From: Squalus acanthias
Taxonomy: Eukaryota
DNA length: 64,000 nt
Assembly (NCBI GenBank): GCA_030390025.1
Contig: CM059425.1
Span: 176,950,001-177,014,000, forward strand
Direction of reading: 5' to 3'
In this document: in pieces, positions 24,694 to 36,005 of the stretch
Layout: every line of letters starts with the position of its first letter
Numbering within the stretch: the first letter of the stretch is position 1
Made by a program: the position numbers and the translations under genes
Notes under the pieces: generated by a model
The model's input: only the letters and a program-made list of their open reading frames with translations
Told to the model about the DNA's origin: nothing
Databases searched by the model: none

Positions 24694-27600
24694 AATGTTG
24701 GTGTCAGTAAGCTGCAAGTAAGTTTTAAAAACACAAAGTGTACTTGCATGCTCAACATTTATCAAACATTAGCTCCTTAAAACAAGTTAGTGTATGCAAA
24801 AATCATAAAACAAGAATGCTCCAAGTAATGAGAAATTATATCTTTGTTAATAATCCATTAGCACATGGGATCTACTTGATTATTAATGTTACTCAGTAAA
24901 TTCACATCAACAATATTTTCATGTAAAAAGTTGAATGTCTATTAGTAAAGTAACAGGAACTGGAATAAATAATGTAAATATAACATCTTAGCAAATAGTC
25001 ACATTTGAAAGCAGTTTAATAGATTGTACTTTTCAAAAATTTGATTTGGCTATTTTACCTCTTTTCCTCTTTCCTTTCTGGCGTGCTCACAACACCATTT
25101 CCTTTCAGGGACTGTGGGCAGGGACTTGCTCTTAGACCTCCCCCAATGTCACTCTGTAACCAGATGCTGACAGCTGCAGGAAAGTGGCTGAGGACAATTC
25201 ACCCATTAATTTCTTCCAGCAGCTTGTGGGGGAGACCACTTAGTTTATGTTCATCCATCTCCTTAAGATGATGTGGCTCAGAATGTCAAATGACTACATA
25301 GGCAAATCATGGCCATAAAACTGGATCCTTCCACTCCATGGCCCAGTGCAGTGTAAGAAAACTCACTGACTTTTCTTTGAATAAATAGGATTGGGATGTT
25401 CATAAATCTGTCGGATATTTCTATACCCACTCTTGATTTGCATACTGCAGTATTATCAGGCAGTAAGAAAGAAACAAAAAGCACAGCAAACAACAAAACC
25501 ACATAAAACTCAACCAAACCAGAAGACAGTGAGACGCAGCACAGCACCCAGAAAGCAGCAGACAACACAAGCAGGCATGGGACAGGCACACCGTTGTCAC
25601 AAACTAATGAACCAAGCAATGGGAAACTGAATGCCAGAAACAAATACTCTGCAGTGGTCAAGTTAAGCTGAAGTTCACATAGGGTCTGGCTCTTTTATCA
25701 CTTGTGTTGTAATGAATAAGCCAGCTATTGCATGCATTATTATACAAGTATTATACGTGCCACAAGCTGACAGCTAGTTTGCTCATTAGGCAAATGCCTA
25801 ATCCCAATGTATATTGAGACCCATAATGCAGAGATTTTCATTTGATATCATCACTTCCAGAAGAAACTGCATAAAAATGAATTTTAGATTATTTTAAATA
25901 TTCCCCAAAAAAGCTCTGAAGTGATGCTCATCAATTACAAACCAAATACTGTATTACAGAATTCTAGCCAATTAGTTTATTGAAACAATTAGTTATTTCT
26001 ATAGTGATGGGATTATGCCCTCCTTATGTTAACTCTAGAACTTGACCACTGATTCTTTATTTTAAATATATATATATATATATATATTATCTTGTCTTGC
26101 AAAGACTGAATAAACAGTCATTATAGTAGAGCTGCAGCTAAGAGTCAGTAAACCTAAATAAACACAGAATAGTTCTACCTTTTCTCCCGAATGACCTTCG
26201 CAGTGAGGCTGCAATCAATTAACAGAAAGTCAGGAATAATCCTCCAGTACCATTACATTATAATGCTGCAAACACAACACCAGTGTTATACTTCACTGAC
26301 TGATGAACATATTCCTCAGAGACAAACCAGATTACACTTAAAAAAAAGAATTTAATGTGTAGATTCAGGTTAGTTCATTACATTTCTGAATCAGAAGACT
26401 TTTAACAAAACAGAACTAGTGTATTTTAAAGCTGCAGTACCTCTTTTCCAACCTTTACTTGTCAATATATTCGAAACACTAACCTGTAGTGTCTACTTAC
26501 TGAGTAAATAGATTATGATAATTTATTTGGACATCACAATTAATGTACACAAAACACAGTGGAGACTGTTCGTCAAGCATGAAATGCAGTCTTAAAAAAT
26601 ATTCAGCTACCTAAATATTCAAAATGAGCTTGCACATCAACAGAACAACTAGTAGAGATAATACAAAAGTTTATATTTAATGTTTACCTCATTGTAACAA
26701 TTTTGAAAAACGTCACAAAGTCATTACACACAATTTCCACCCTCCATTATTTAAGGCACTAAAGCATGTTGTGATACAGTTCCACATTTTCCAGTCAACT
26801 TCCAGTGTCTCACCCAAGAGCTTATTCTTTGTGTGTGAGCCTAGACAGTGAATGCTGGTTGGCGATTTGATCATTGAGAGCACCACAAGCAACCTCTCTC
26901 CTGCCCTTACCCATCGGCCCAGCACATGCACTTTCCAGCAGAATCACCAGAGAATGGTCAGAAGTGGGACGCCTGGATGATTTTTCCTCTCCTTAGCTTG
27001 GGGTACTACTGAGGCCAATTTTATCACCACTAACTTCACCCCATTTGAGATCAGATAACTTAGCACAGGCTGGAAATCAAAACTGAAAACTTGCTGGTTG
27101 GTATGGCACCATAGTAGGTAGAGTATTTAACAAATGAGCCACCTGTTCAAATATAGAAACAACACTTTTTGGTCCGATAATAGAAGGTCGCACATTATTC
27201 TAAGTAGCCATCGGGGCACTAAAAGTCTCAAAATAATACAGATGAGTGCCTAGCATTAAAAGTGATTGGATGAAATCATTGCACGTACACCTACAAAGGT
27301 TTGAGAAAAGGATTCTGTGATCACAGTCCTTCTAATACTGCATCACAGTATAACCAACTGAGTGTCAGTTTCTTTTTTTAGTTTATTCTTAGAATACTAG
27401 CAATTCTTTTTTTAAAATTGAGTACAGACTGGGTAATGCCGTGGTTTCGATCACTATCCTCTCACTTTTGGTACTTCGGTTTAAAGCTAGTTCAGACTGA
27501 AGCTTGGAACAAAGCTGTTATTTCCTCCAATAGCCAATGGCAGAGACTTCAGGCATAAGGATCGCTCCCAACATGTGGCTGATTCAAACAAGGGTCAACA

Positions 27601-28023
27601 AATCAAAGACCCGAGTGCCTTGGACTAGAATGGAGCCCATTCCTGCAGCAACTGATAGAAATGATCTAAACATTTGCTTTCTGAGGTTCCTTTTTGCACT
27701 TGCTTCAAAAACATGATTTCAATTAGTGCAACTCTCTTTTTCTAGAGTTATCAACATTTGAATAGAATCGTTAAACATTGAGATTCGGCACCTCAGCACC
27801 GCTGTTATGGCTGGTTTGAAGCAAAAAATGGCGGCCGCCTCGCTTCCGCCCAGTTCTGGCGTGGCCCGTGTTGGTCGCCATCTTGGTGAGAGTGATAGCG
27901 CAGGCGGGACGTGCGTGCGCCGGAAGTATGCAGAGAAGGCAGATCGTGACGTCAGTCAGCGTGCAAAGCTTTGACCTGCCATTTTGAATGACACAGCTCC
28001 AATCAACGCCCTCTCCTAAACAC

Positions 28024-28611
28024 GAGGGAACCCCCACCAGCGCTGTTTAAAGAGGGAACCCCCACCAGCGCTGTTTAAAGAGGGAACTCCCACCAGCGCT
28101 GTTTAAAGAGGGAACCCCCACCAGCGCTATTTAAAGAGGGAACCCCCACCAGCGCTATTTAAAGAGGGAACCCCCACCAGCGCTGTTTAAAGAGGGAACC
28201 CCCACCAGCGCTGTTTAAAGAGGGAACCCCCACCAGTGCTGTTTAAAGAGGGAACCCCCACCAGCGCTGTTTAAAGAGGGAACCCCCACCAGCGCTGTTT
28301 AAAGAGGGAACCCCCACCAACGCTGGTAAAGAGGGAACCCCCACCAGCGCTGTTTAAAGAGGGAACCCCCACCAGCGCTGTTTAAAGAGGGAACCCCCAC
28401 CAGCGCTGTTTAAAGAGGGAACCCCCACCAACGCTGGTAAAGAGGGAACCCCCACCAGCACTGTTTAAAGAGGGAACTCCCACCAGCGCTATTTAAAGAG
28501 GGAACCCCCACCAGCGCGGTTTAAAGAGGGAACCCCCACCAGCGCTGTTTAAAGAGGGAACCCCCACCAGCGCTGTTTAAAGAGGGAACCCCCACCAGCG
28601 CTATTTAAAGG
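28024..28611. repeat. Minisatellite, 28-bp unit GAGGGAACCCCCACCAGCGCTGTTTAAA, about 21 copies
   Basis: Directly visible tandem array. Confidence 0.97.
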
Positions 28612-28779
28612 GATACATCCATCTTGCAGGTAAGTTGATTTTTTTTTTGTACTGGCCCTTGCGGAGTTTATATCGATACTGGCTTGCTGGAAGACATTTA
28701 TAAAGTTGGTAAAGTGTGCAGGGAGTGCTGCGGGACGTTGGGAAGGCGCTGGCTCCTACTTGCAGGCCTCTGACTACGT

Positions 28780-29230
28780 AACTTGCTCCCTGTGCCCCTC
28801 ATGCTGCAGCATGACAGGGAGATGGAGCAGAGGCAGCAAAGACAAGCTACTCGCAGAGGGAAAAGGGGAAGCAGGACTCTCGGCAGGTGGGCTTACCCAC
28901 CTAAAGTCTTCAGGGAGCACTTCCCCTACCTGCATTTAAGCCAGGAGCAGTGTATTCGGAGGCTCCGCTTCACCACGGGAGGTAGTCACAGAATTCTGCC
29001 ACCTCTTGGAAACAGACCTGAAGCCTGAGAGCAGGGCGACGACAGCAATGGCACTGGCACTGACACTGGCCCTCAAGGTGACCGTGGCCCTGAATTTTAT
29101 CACCAGCAGATCCTTCCAGGCTGGAGCAGGCGACATAGCTAACATCTCCCAGTTCGCCGTCCATCGCTGCATCCGGGAGGTCACAGAAACTCTGTACTCC
29201 AGAAGGGACTACATTGTCTTCTCTCTGCAG
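28780..29230 (+). pseudogene. Harbinger transposase N-terminal fragment
   Basis: YPPKVFREHFPYLHLSQEQCIRRLRF and ALKVTVALNFITSRSFQAGAGDIANISQFAVHRCIREVTETLY. Truncated before the DDE core. Confidence 0.85.
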
Positions 29231-30632
29231 CACTCAGACGTTGGGTCACTTCCGCTTGTGCTGCAATGGAAGCTGCGATATCGCCCATCACACCCAGCAT
29301 CATGGTTGGGTCCACAAGTGCTCTAATGGAGTTGCCCATCACTTCCATCCGGGAAATCATGGGCTCCAAGCTCCGCGCAAAGCCCCGTGCAATGTTGGAG
29401 CCAGACTCCTCCATGCTCCTTGACACTGACAAGAGGGTCTCTGGTAGGCCTGCCATTGCACCTAGCATTTCCATGTCCAGGCCCATCACCCTTCTTCTGA
29501 AGGCCGCCCCATCGAATTCCTCATCTGAGTCCTGTGCAGCAGAACTCGTGTGCAACCTCACCTTCCGGGGAGCTGGCACCTGTGCTACCCTTTCCCCCTG
29601 GCCTGGCTGTAGCCCACTCGTGCCCGGTGACTCACCATGTGCAGATTCCGCCTCCATACTACCCTCTAAACTTTGCGCAGTGCCAATTTCTGAGCAAATG
29701 CCTGGGAGTGTCAGATCGAGTGACGGTGCCTCTTCTTCTCCATCACTCTCCTATACTTCTTGCAGCACAGGCTGGGCTGCTGGCAGTTCTTGGGTATCTG
29801 AAAGGAGAAAGGCACAAGGGTCGGGTTGTGGTGAGGGGAAGGGGGGAAAGCAAGATGTCCATGCTTACATCATCAGCAGCTTGTAAGTGAGAAGAGATTG
29901 TGCGATGAGGGGGGGGAAGTGGGATATGAGAAGAAAGATTAGGGATGAGCATACCAGCAGCCTCAATGCTTTCAGCCTCGCCCAGCTCCACGGCCCCTCC
30001 AATGATCTCCAGCACGGTCTCCTCCAGCTGAGTCAGGTTGTGCAGTCATGATTCCCCACTCCCCCTGCCCCCACCCCACCTGTTTGTGCCTGCTCGCTCC
30101 TGTTATGAGCCACCATGGCCTACAAGAGAAAGGGAAGTGTGTCTGTGAGGGTAGTGCAATGTGTTTGGGTGATGTGCCTGTCATGGTTGAATAGCTGGCA
30201 TTGTGTTCAAGGTGTGAGATGTGGGTATGAGGCTTGCAGCAGTGGTAACTGTGTGAGGGTGAGGTGAAGCTTTGATTGTGAGGTATGAGTCGTGATTGCT
30301 AGAGATTGTGGGGATGGGGATGTGGTGCATTGAGCAGTGTGTGAGGCTAGTGGTGCAGTTGGTGGGATATGGCATTTGAAGACACATTCACTCACCTTGA
30401 CCACTCGAGTGAGATCATTAAACTTCTTTTGGCACTGGGTCCATGTCCCGGGGGCAACACTGGTGACACTGACCGCTTCAGTGATCTCCTCCCACTGCCT
30501 TTGAATAGTGTGTAAAGAAGGCCTCCTGCCCACCTGCGGGTAGACCCGTCTCCTCCTGTACACCCCCTGTACCAAAGCCTCTAGTGCTGTGTCTGAGAAC
30601 CGAGGTGCACACTCTCTCCCCTGTTGAAACAT
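29231..30632 (-). pseudogene. Harbinger Myb/SANT-like gene, 3'-truncated
   Basis: MFQQGRECAPRFSDTALEALV...WEEITEAV...WTQCQKKFNDLTRVVK|gtgagt (exon 1 is 30632-30396). Same two-intron layout as the first element. Confidence 0.85.
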
Positions 30633-30679
30633 AATGCTCCAGCCACAATGAGGTACTTCTGTAAGAGCACCTCCCCTTT

Positions 30680-30956
30680 AAAATGTGTGGGTTAGGTTGA
30701 TTTGGCTATGATAAATTGACCCTTAGTGTTAGGGGGGATTAAATATGTGGGGTTATGGGGATAGGATGGGATATGTTAGGGGGAATTAAATACGTGGGGT
30801 TACGGGGGTAGGGTGGGATATGTGTACTGTGGGGATTAAAGCAGGGACAGGGTACTGGATTTGGATGATCAGCCATGATCATATTGAATGGCGGAGCAGG
30901 CTCGACGGGCCGAATGGCCTACTCCTGCTCCTAGATTCTATGTTTCTATGTTTCTA
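30680..30956 (+). mobile_element. V-SINE (HE1-like) 3' part inserted in the Harbinger
   Basis: (TTCTATGT)n tail. Reverse complement of 16957-17235 with about 8 differences by eye. Confidence 0.85.
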
Positions 30957-32138
30957 AGTGCAGAACTGCCTTTGACTCTGCAGGAAACCTTTAAATGGAG
31001 AGCAGACTCAACACGATATTGGGCCCCCTGATGAGCGCTGAGGTAACCAGCAGCGCATTTAATGGTGAGCTCAGCGCTTCACTCATGGTAATGAGCAGGC
31101 AGCACCAATTACGTGTGCTGCCTACACTACTTTCAACGGGCATGGGCGATCATGCATCGCGATCCCCGCGCCCATTTTCGGGCCTTATCGAATTTTGCCC
31201 CCCGGGATATCCTGGTGTAAGTCTTAAAATCAGTCTGTCACACCTTGTGCATCAGGCAATGAATTAAAAAACACTCTTTGCTCAGCTTCCTGTGGTGTTA
31301 CCTCCACCGTGTTTGTGTCATTGAAATCTCATTTCGTACTCTCTGACCAAGTGCTTTCAATCTTCCACACTGCCTCAAACTTTTTTTCTGCTTTTGAATA
31401 ATAAATCAGATTGCCGTGAATCGAGTGGCAAAACACTGAAACATTGTTATTCAAACTGAAAGAAACAGGTCATTTTTAATGTGCGGAAATGTTAACCAGC
31501 TTCAGCATTCAAAACACACGGTGGCCTGGGCTTCTTTCCAAATCTGATAGGGGTTCCTGTCATCAAGCATTCCTATAAAAAAGTTCTATATATTCAGAAT
31601 GCCTACTTTACAAGAGTGAGAAGTCGCACAATACCAGGTTATAGTCCAACAGCTTTATTTGAAATCACAAGCTTTCGGAGCGCTGCTCCTTCATCAGGTG
31701 AAGTGAAGAGATGCATATAGGCACAGCATATATAGTCAGAGAACACTGCCAGATGTTTACAGTTAATCTTTCTAACTGCCCTTTATCACACCTCGGCAGA
31801 GAGATAATCACTGCAATCACAGGTGTGGATGGTGTCCAACCAGGTCAGTCAGGAAAACATTACATCAAAGACAATGCGGTGGGGTCACAAGGGGTCAAAT
31901 ATGGCAGATGCTGGGGTCTGTATGGAAAACAAAAAACTTTTTTTGCTGGAAATCACAGCAGGTCCGGCCGCATCTGTGTAGAGAGAACAAGCCAATGATG
32001 ACTCGAGTCTGGATGACTCTACATCAGGTGGGGTTACATGTAGCGTGATATGAACCCAAGATCCCAGTTGAGGCCGTCCTCATGGGTGTGGAACTTGGCT
32101 ATCAGTTTCTGCGTGACGATTTTGCGTTGTCGTGTGTC

Positions 32139-32459
32139 TCGGCCAACGTTGTCTACCTCATACGTTGCAGGAAAGGATGCCCCAGAGCATGGTACATCGG
32201 CGAGACCATGCAGACACTGCGACAACGTATGAACGGACACCGCGCAGCAATCGTCAGGCAGGAGTGTTCCCTCCCAGTCGGGGAACACTTCAGCAGTCAA
32301 GGACATTCAGCCTCCGATCTTCGGGTAAGCGTTCTCCAAGGCGGCCTTCGAGACACACGACAATGCAAAATCGTCGAGCAGAAACTGATAACCAAGGAGT
32401 TCCGCACCCATGAGGACGGCCTCAACCGGGATCTTGGGTTCATGTCACGCTACATGTAA
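32139..32459 (+). pseudogene. Penelope GIY-YIG endonuclease C-terminal fragment
   Basis: SANVVYLIRCRKGCPRAWYIGETMQTLRQRMNGH...PVGEHF...EQKLI...GLN. The reverse transcriptase is absent. Confidence 0.9.
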
Positions 32460-32791
32460 CCCCACCTGACGTAGAGTCATCCAGACTCGAGTCGTCGTTG
32501 GCTTGTTCTCTCTACACAGATGCGGCCGGACCTGTTGTGATTTCCAGCAAAACAAGTTTTTAGTTTTCCATACAGACCCCAGCATCTGCCACATTTGACC
32601 CCTTGTGACCCCACCTCATTGTCTTTGATGTAATGTTTTCCTGACTGACCTGTTTGGACACCATCCACACTTGTGATTGCCGGGATTATCTCTCTGCCGA
32701 GGTGTGATAAAGGGCAGTTGGAAAGATTAACTGTAATCATCTGGCAGTGTTCTCTGACTATATATGCTGTGCCTATATGCATCTCTTCACT

Positions 32792-32828
32792 TCACCTGAC
32801 GAAGGAGCAGCGCTCCGAAAGCTTGTGA
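32792..32828 (+). ncRNA. Minimal type I hammerhead ribozyme motif (mirror copy at 31665-31701 on -)
   Basis: TCAC-CTGACGA-A-GGAGC/agc/GCTCC-GAAAGCTT-GTGA. A palindromic AGCT replaces stem III. Confidence 0.8.
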
Positions 32829-33724
32829 TTTCAAATAAAGCTGTTGGACTATAACCTGGTGTTGTGCGACTTCTCACATTTGTCCACCCCACATCATGGC
32901 TACTTTACAAGTGCCACCCCATCCCCACTCTTTCTAGTCCACATGTATGCTCAGGAAAACATTTTTAACAAACAAGTAGTGCTAACTGTGTAAACATCTT
33001 TTACTTACCATGGACCGTGTGCCATTAGCTTTTTACATGGTTCATTCTTTAAACCACCATGATAATAAATGTAGTAACCGATTTCTGAGCAATCACTTCA
33101 AATAACCCGTAAACCTCTTGCCCTGTGGGATTGTGAGGTACCTTCTCAATGTCACTCTGAACTATTTCACTGTACATTCCCACTGCTCCTTATCTGCTAT
33201 TCTTGTGGCACACATCCTCTGCTCCTCCAATACCAGATTATTTCTCCTCCCCTGCTTTCCATTCCACCATCAACTTTCAGCTACTGTGCCCCTGCCCTCT
33301 GGAACTCTCAAAATCCTGTTTATCTCACCACCTCCTTTCCTCGATACTTTCAAAAACTTCCTTAAAACCCTTAGGCCATGCATTTGCCTCCGCTCCCTAA
33401 CCCTTTTTCTCTCATGCCCAACACCGAGCTTTTTGTTCTCTGCTTAAGGAGCACTATTGAAATGCAAGTTGTTATAAGGATCAGGCATCACCACAAATCA
33501 ATATTCATTACATTCTTTGAATAAATAATTGCAGTTCTGGTGTTCATCAGGACTTGGATATGGAATTGCTGCTGTCGACGAGAAGGTTAAAGAGTGACGT
33601 GCAACGACCTGGTCCTGGGTATGGGTGATGTACATAATTACACTTACAAGGTGAAACGATACATTAACCTACTCATCCTCCCCTTATTGATTTGGTTAAA
33701 TATTAGTCATTAAATGTTGACAGA

Positions 33725-33875
33725 ACTAGCTGGAAATGCACAGCAGAACTGTCAGCAACTTTAGAGTAAAAACCACAGGTTAATGTTTTGATAAGGGGTA
33801 TGCACCTGGATTGTTAACTTGTCTTTTCTCTTTACGGGCACTGGCTGACCTGCTCTGTATTTCCAGCACAAAGTT
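33725..33875. mobile_element. Old fold-back relic of a second Penelope family
   Basis: GCTGGAAATGCACAGCAG..GTCAGC is inverted relative to GCTGACCTGCTCTGTATTTCCAGC. Resembles 62700-62800. Confidence 0.5.
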
Positions 33876-35284
33876 TTTTTGCTTCTTTTTATTAACTGCT
33901 ATTTACTACTTGAAAGCGCTACTTACACCAAAGGATTAGGACATGAGACAGTTGGTATGGACCTGTGCTTGGAATGACATATACAGTGCTGTGTTCAATC
34001 ATATTTATAGATAGATCTACATTATACACTTTGCAGTACAACATTCCTTAGAAAAAGAGTTAAGATTTTCTGAATGCTGTTGCCTTAGGCTTTTAAAGAC
34101 ATTTGCTGGCTTTCATACACAATTTTATCTTCTTTGAAACGTTTCAATAAAATTACATATCCAGTACCATATATTTTGTACATATTCAATGTACCACAGA
34201 ATTGCTATAAATAGACACAGATTACATGGGGCTTCAGTGACGGCTGAAATGATTGCATACCAGCTGCTTTTTCTTTCTTTGGAAGGATGCAATGGTGTAT
34301 AATTCAAATTGGGTTTTGAGAGTTTTTAAATTCTCAATTATAGCTGTGGTGGGGATAGATTATCCCATAATAATCTAACATGACGAAATGCAAACACCTT
34401 ATAATTGGTTGCATTTGCTTCTGGGCTAGGGTGGCAAAAATAAAAACAGCCAGTGTTCCCCTTCCCTGATTGTTTTTGATGCCTGCTGGAAAGTGCATAT
34501 GTGTGGGCATCTTGTGAGGCTCAGACAGCACTTGGCTGTGATGCCCCAGCATAGTAACATAACCTGCGAACATTCACTGTTCAAGCTTACGCAATAAGAA
34601 TTGCCACTTGGCCAAGGTATTTAAAGCTCATGAACTAGAAAAGTAGCCATGTCTGAGTAATAACTGCTACACAGACACCCAGAAATCTGGTCATCACAAA
34701 TCCTTTCCAGTCTATAAATAAACATTCTGTAAAGGGGTGGCCCAGCTCTCGAAACAGCTTCAGCTCTCAAGGTTTGCACTGAAGTATCAAAGATCAACTA
34801 TTTAAATGATCACTACTAAAGGTTCATAGTACATCCAGCTCAGCCAGTCTAGTTCTTATGCACCATATTTCTCCTCCTGGGTTGGAATGATAAAGTCTGG
34901 AATAAAACAATTACTAAGGTTGTAAACATACTCCAATTCTTGGAACTACTTAAATGTATTCCATTTGATTCTATTACTTATTGGAAACAATTACCATGTC
35001 CCAAAAGATAATAAATACCAACTCATCTTTTAAAACAGCCTTATGGGAAAAAAAACATTAATCTGAGTCATAGAATTATCTAACAAATTACCCATTCAAA
35101 TGGATATTAGTACCAATTAACATTGTTACCTTCAACTAAAAGAAATACTCCAGGAAAGGCTCAAATAGTCATATTTTGTTTACTTGAAGAAATGGTCTAA
35201 GGGGTCCTGAGAGCTGGTGTTGACTACAACTCATAAACTAAGTTACCCTTAATAAAGGAATCAAAGAAGGAGGGAAACTGAATG

Positions 35285-36005
35285 GCGTAGCGGGTTAGCA
35301 TCTCTGGGTCCTGTCTTCAAATCCAACCTCAGTTGATGGGATAAAATATGCACTGGTTTTGAATACAGGGCCCAGAGGTGGAAGGAGAAGATCCCATGGC
35401 ACTATTCAAAAAGAGTAGGGAGATTTTTAAGTGACTGGCCAATATTCCTCCCTTAACCACCACCACCAAAAAATAGATTAACTGGTCATTCACCTCATTT
35501 GTTGTTTGTGGGGTTTTGTCGTGTGCACATTGGTTGCCATGTTTTGCTACATAATAACAGTGGCTAGACTTCAAAATAATTGATTCGATTTAATTCACTG
35601 AAAGACTTAGCCACACACATCCTCGCTCATGAACGGCCAAATGACAAACTGTAACCAGTTGTAAGAGCGTGCAGTTGTCAAGTTTGCCTCCATTAGCAAC
35701 TTCTCCAGGTTTTATGTAGAGCTGGAAGCAAACAATAAAGGAATGGAGTGTCTCTGGCTCCTGAATAAAATCATCGCTCACTTCAATGAGAATATCAGCG
35801 AGAAGCAGTTCAGGCAACTGGAGAAGATCAAAACTATTGGGTGCACCTACATGGCAGCCTTGGGCCTCAATGGCTATCTATGACAAGGCAGGCAAAACAC
35901 ACATCATGGCCCTAGCAGACTATGCTATACGGCTAATTGAGCAGATGAAATTTGAAGTGCTTCAGGAAGTCCAGAGGACATGATGAGGCATTATATGATA
36001 CTTTC
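35285..36005 (+). mobile_element. Deu-domain type SINE interrupted by an adenylate cyclase fragment
   Basis: GATCCCATGGCACTATT..GGCCAATATT..CTGGTCATT..CTTCAAAA matches the reverse of 44560-44830. The 3' part resumes after 35951. Confidence 0.65.
35598..35951 (+). pseudogene. Processed fragment of adenylate cyclase type 5/6 (C2 catalytic domain)
   Basis: Hand translation: [104 protein letters not shown]. Contains stops and frameshifts, with no introns. Confidence 0.9.

Larger units (their letters stand above)
27780..31203. mobile_element. Internally deleted Harbinger related to 1800-6437, in the opposite orientation
   Basis: The right end (reverse complement GGGGCAAAATTCGATAAGGCCCGAAAATGGG) resembles the left end of the first element. 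Transposase 5' part on +, Myb gene on -. The left TIR is eroded. Confidence 0.85.
31616..32899 (+). mobile_element. Penelope-like retroelement, 5'-truncated, with a roughly 526-bp inverted pseudo-LTR
   Basis: Arms at 31616-32141 and 32349-32877, GIY-YIG fragment, hammerhead motifs, 12-bp TSD CTACTTTACAAG (31603-31614 and 32900-32911). Confidence 0.92.

Noticed and set aside
28024..28611. CRISPR-like 28-bp repeats
   Set aside because: The units are head-to-tail with no spacers and there are no cas genes.
35598..35951. Functional nested adenylate cyclase exon
   Set aside because: It has in-frame stops and frameshifts and no splice signals at its ends.
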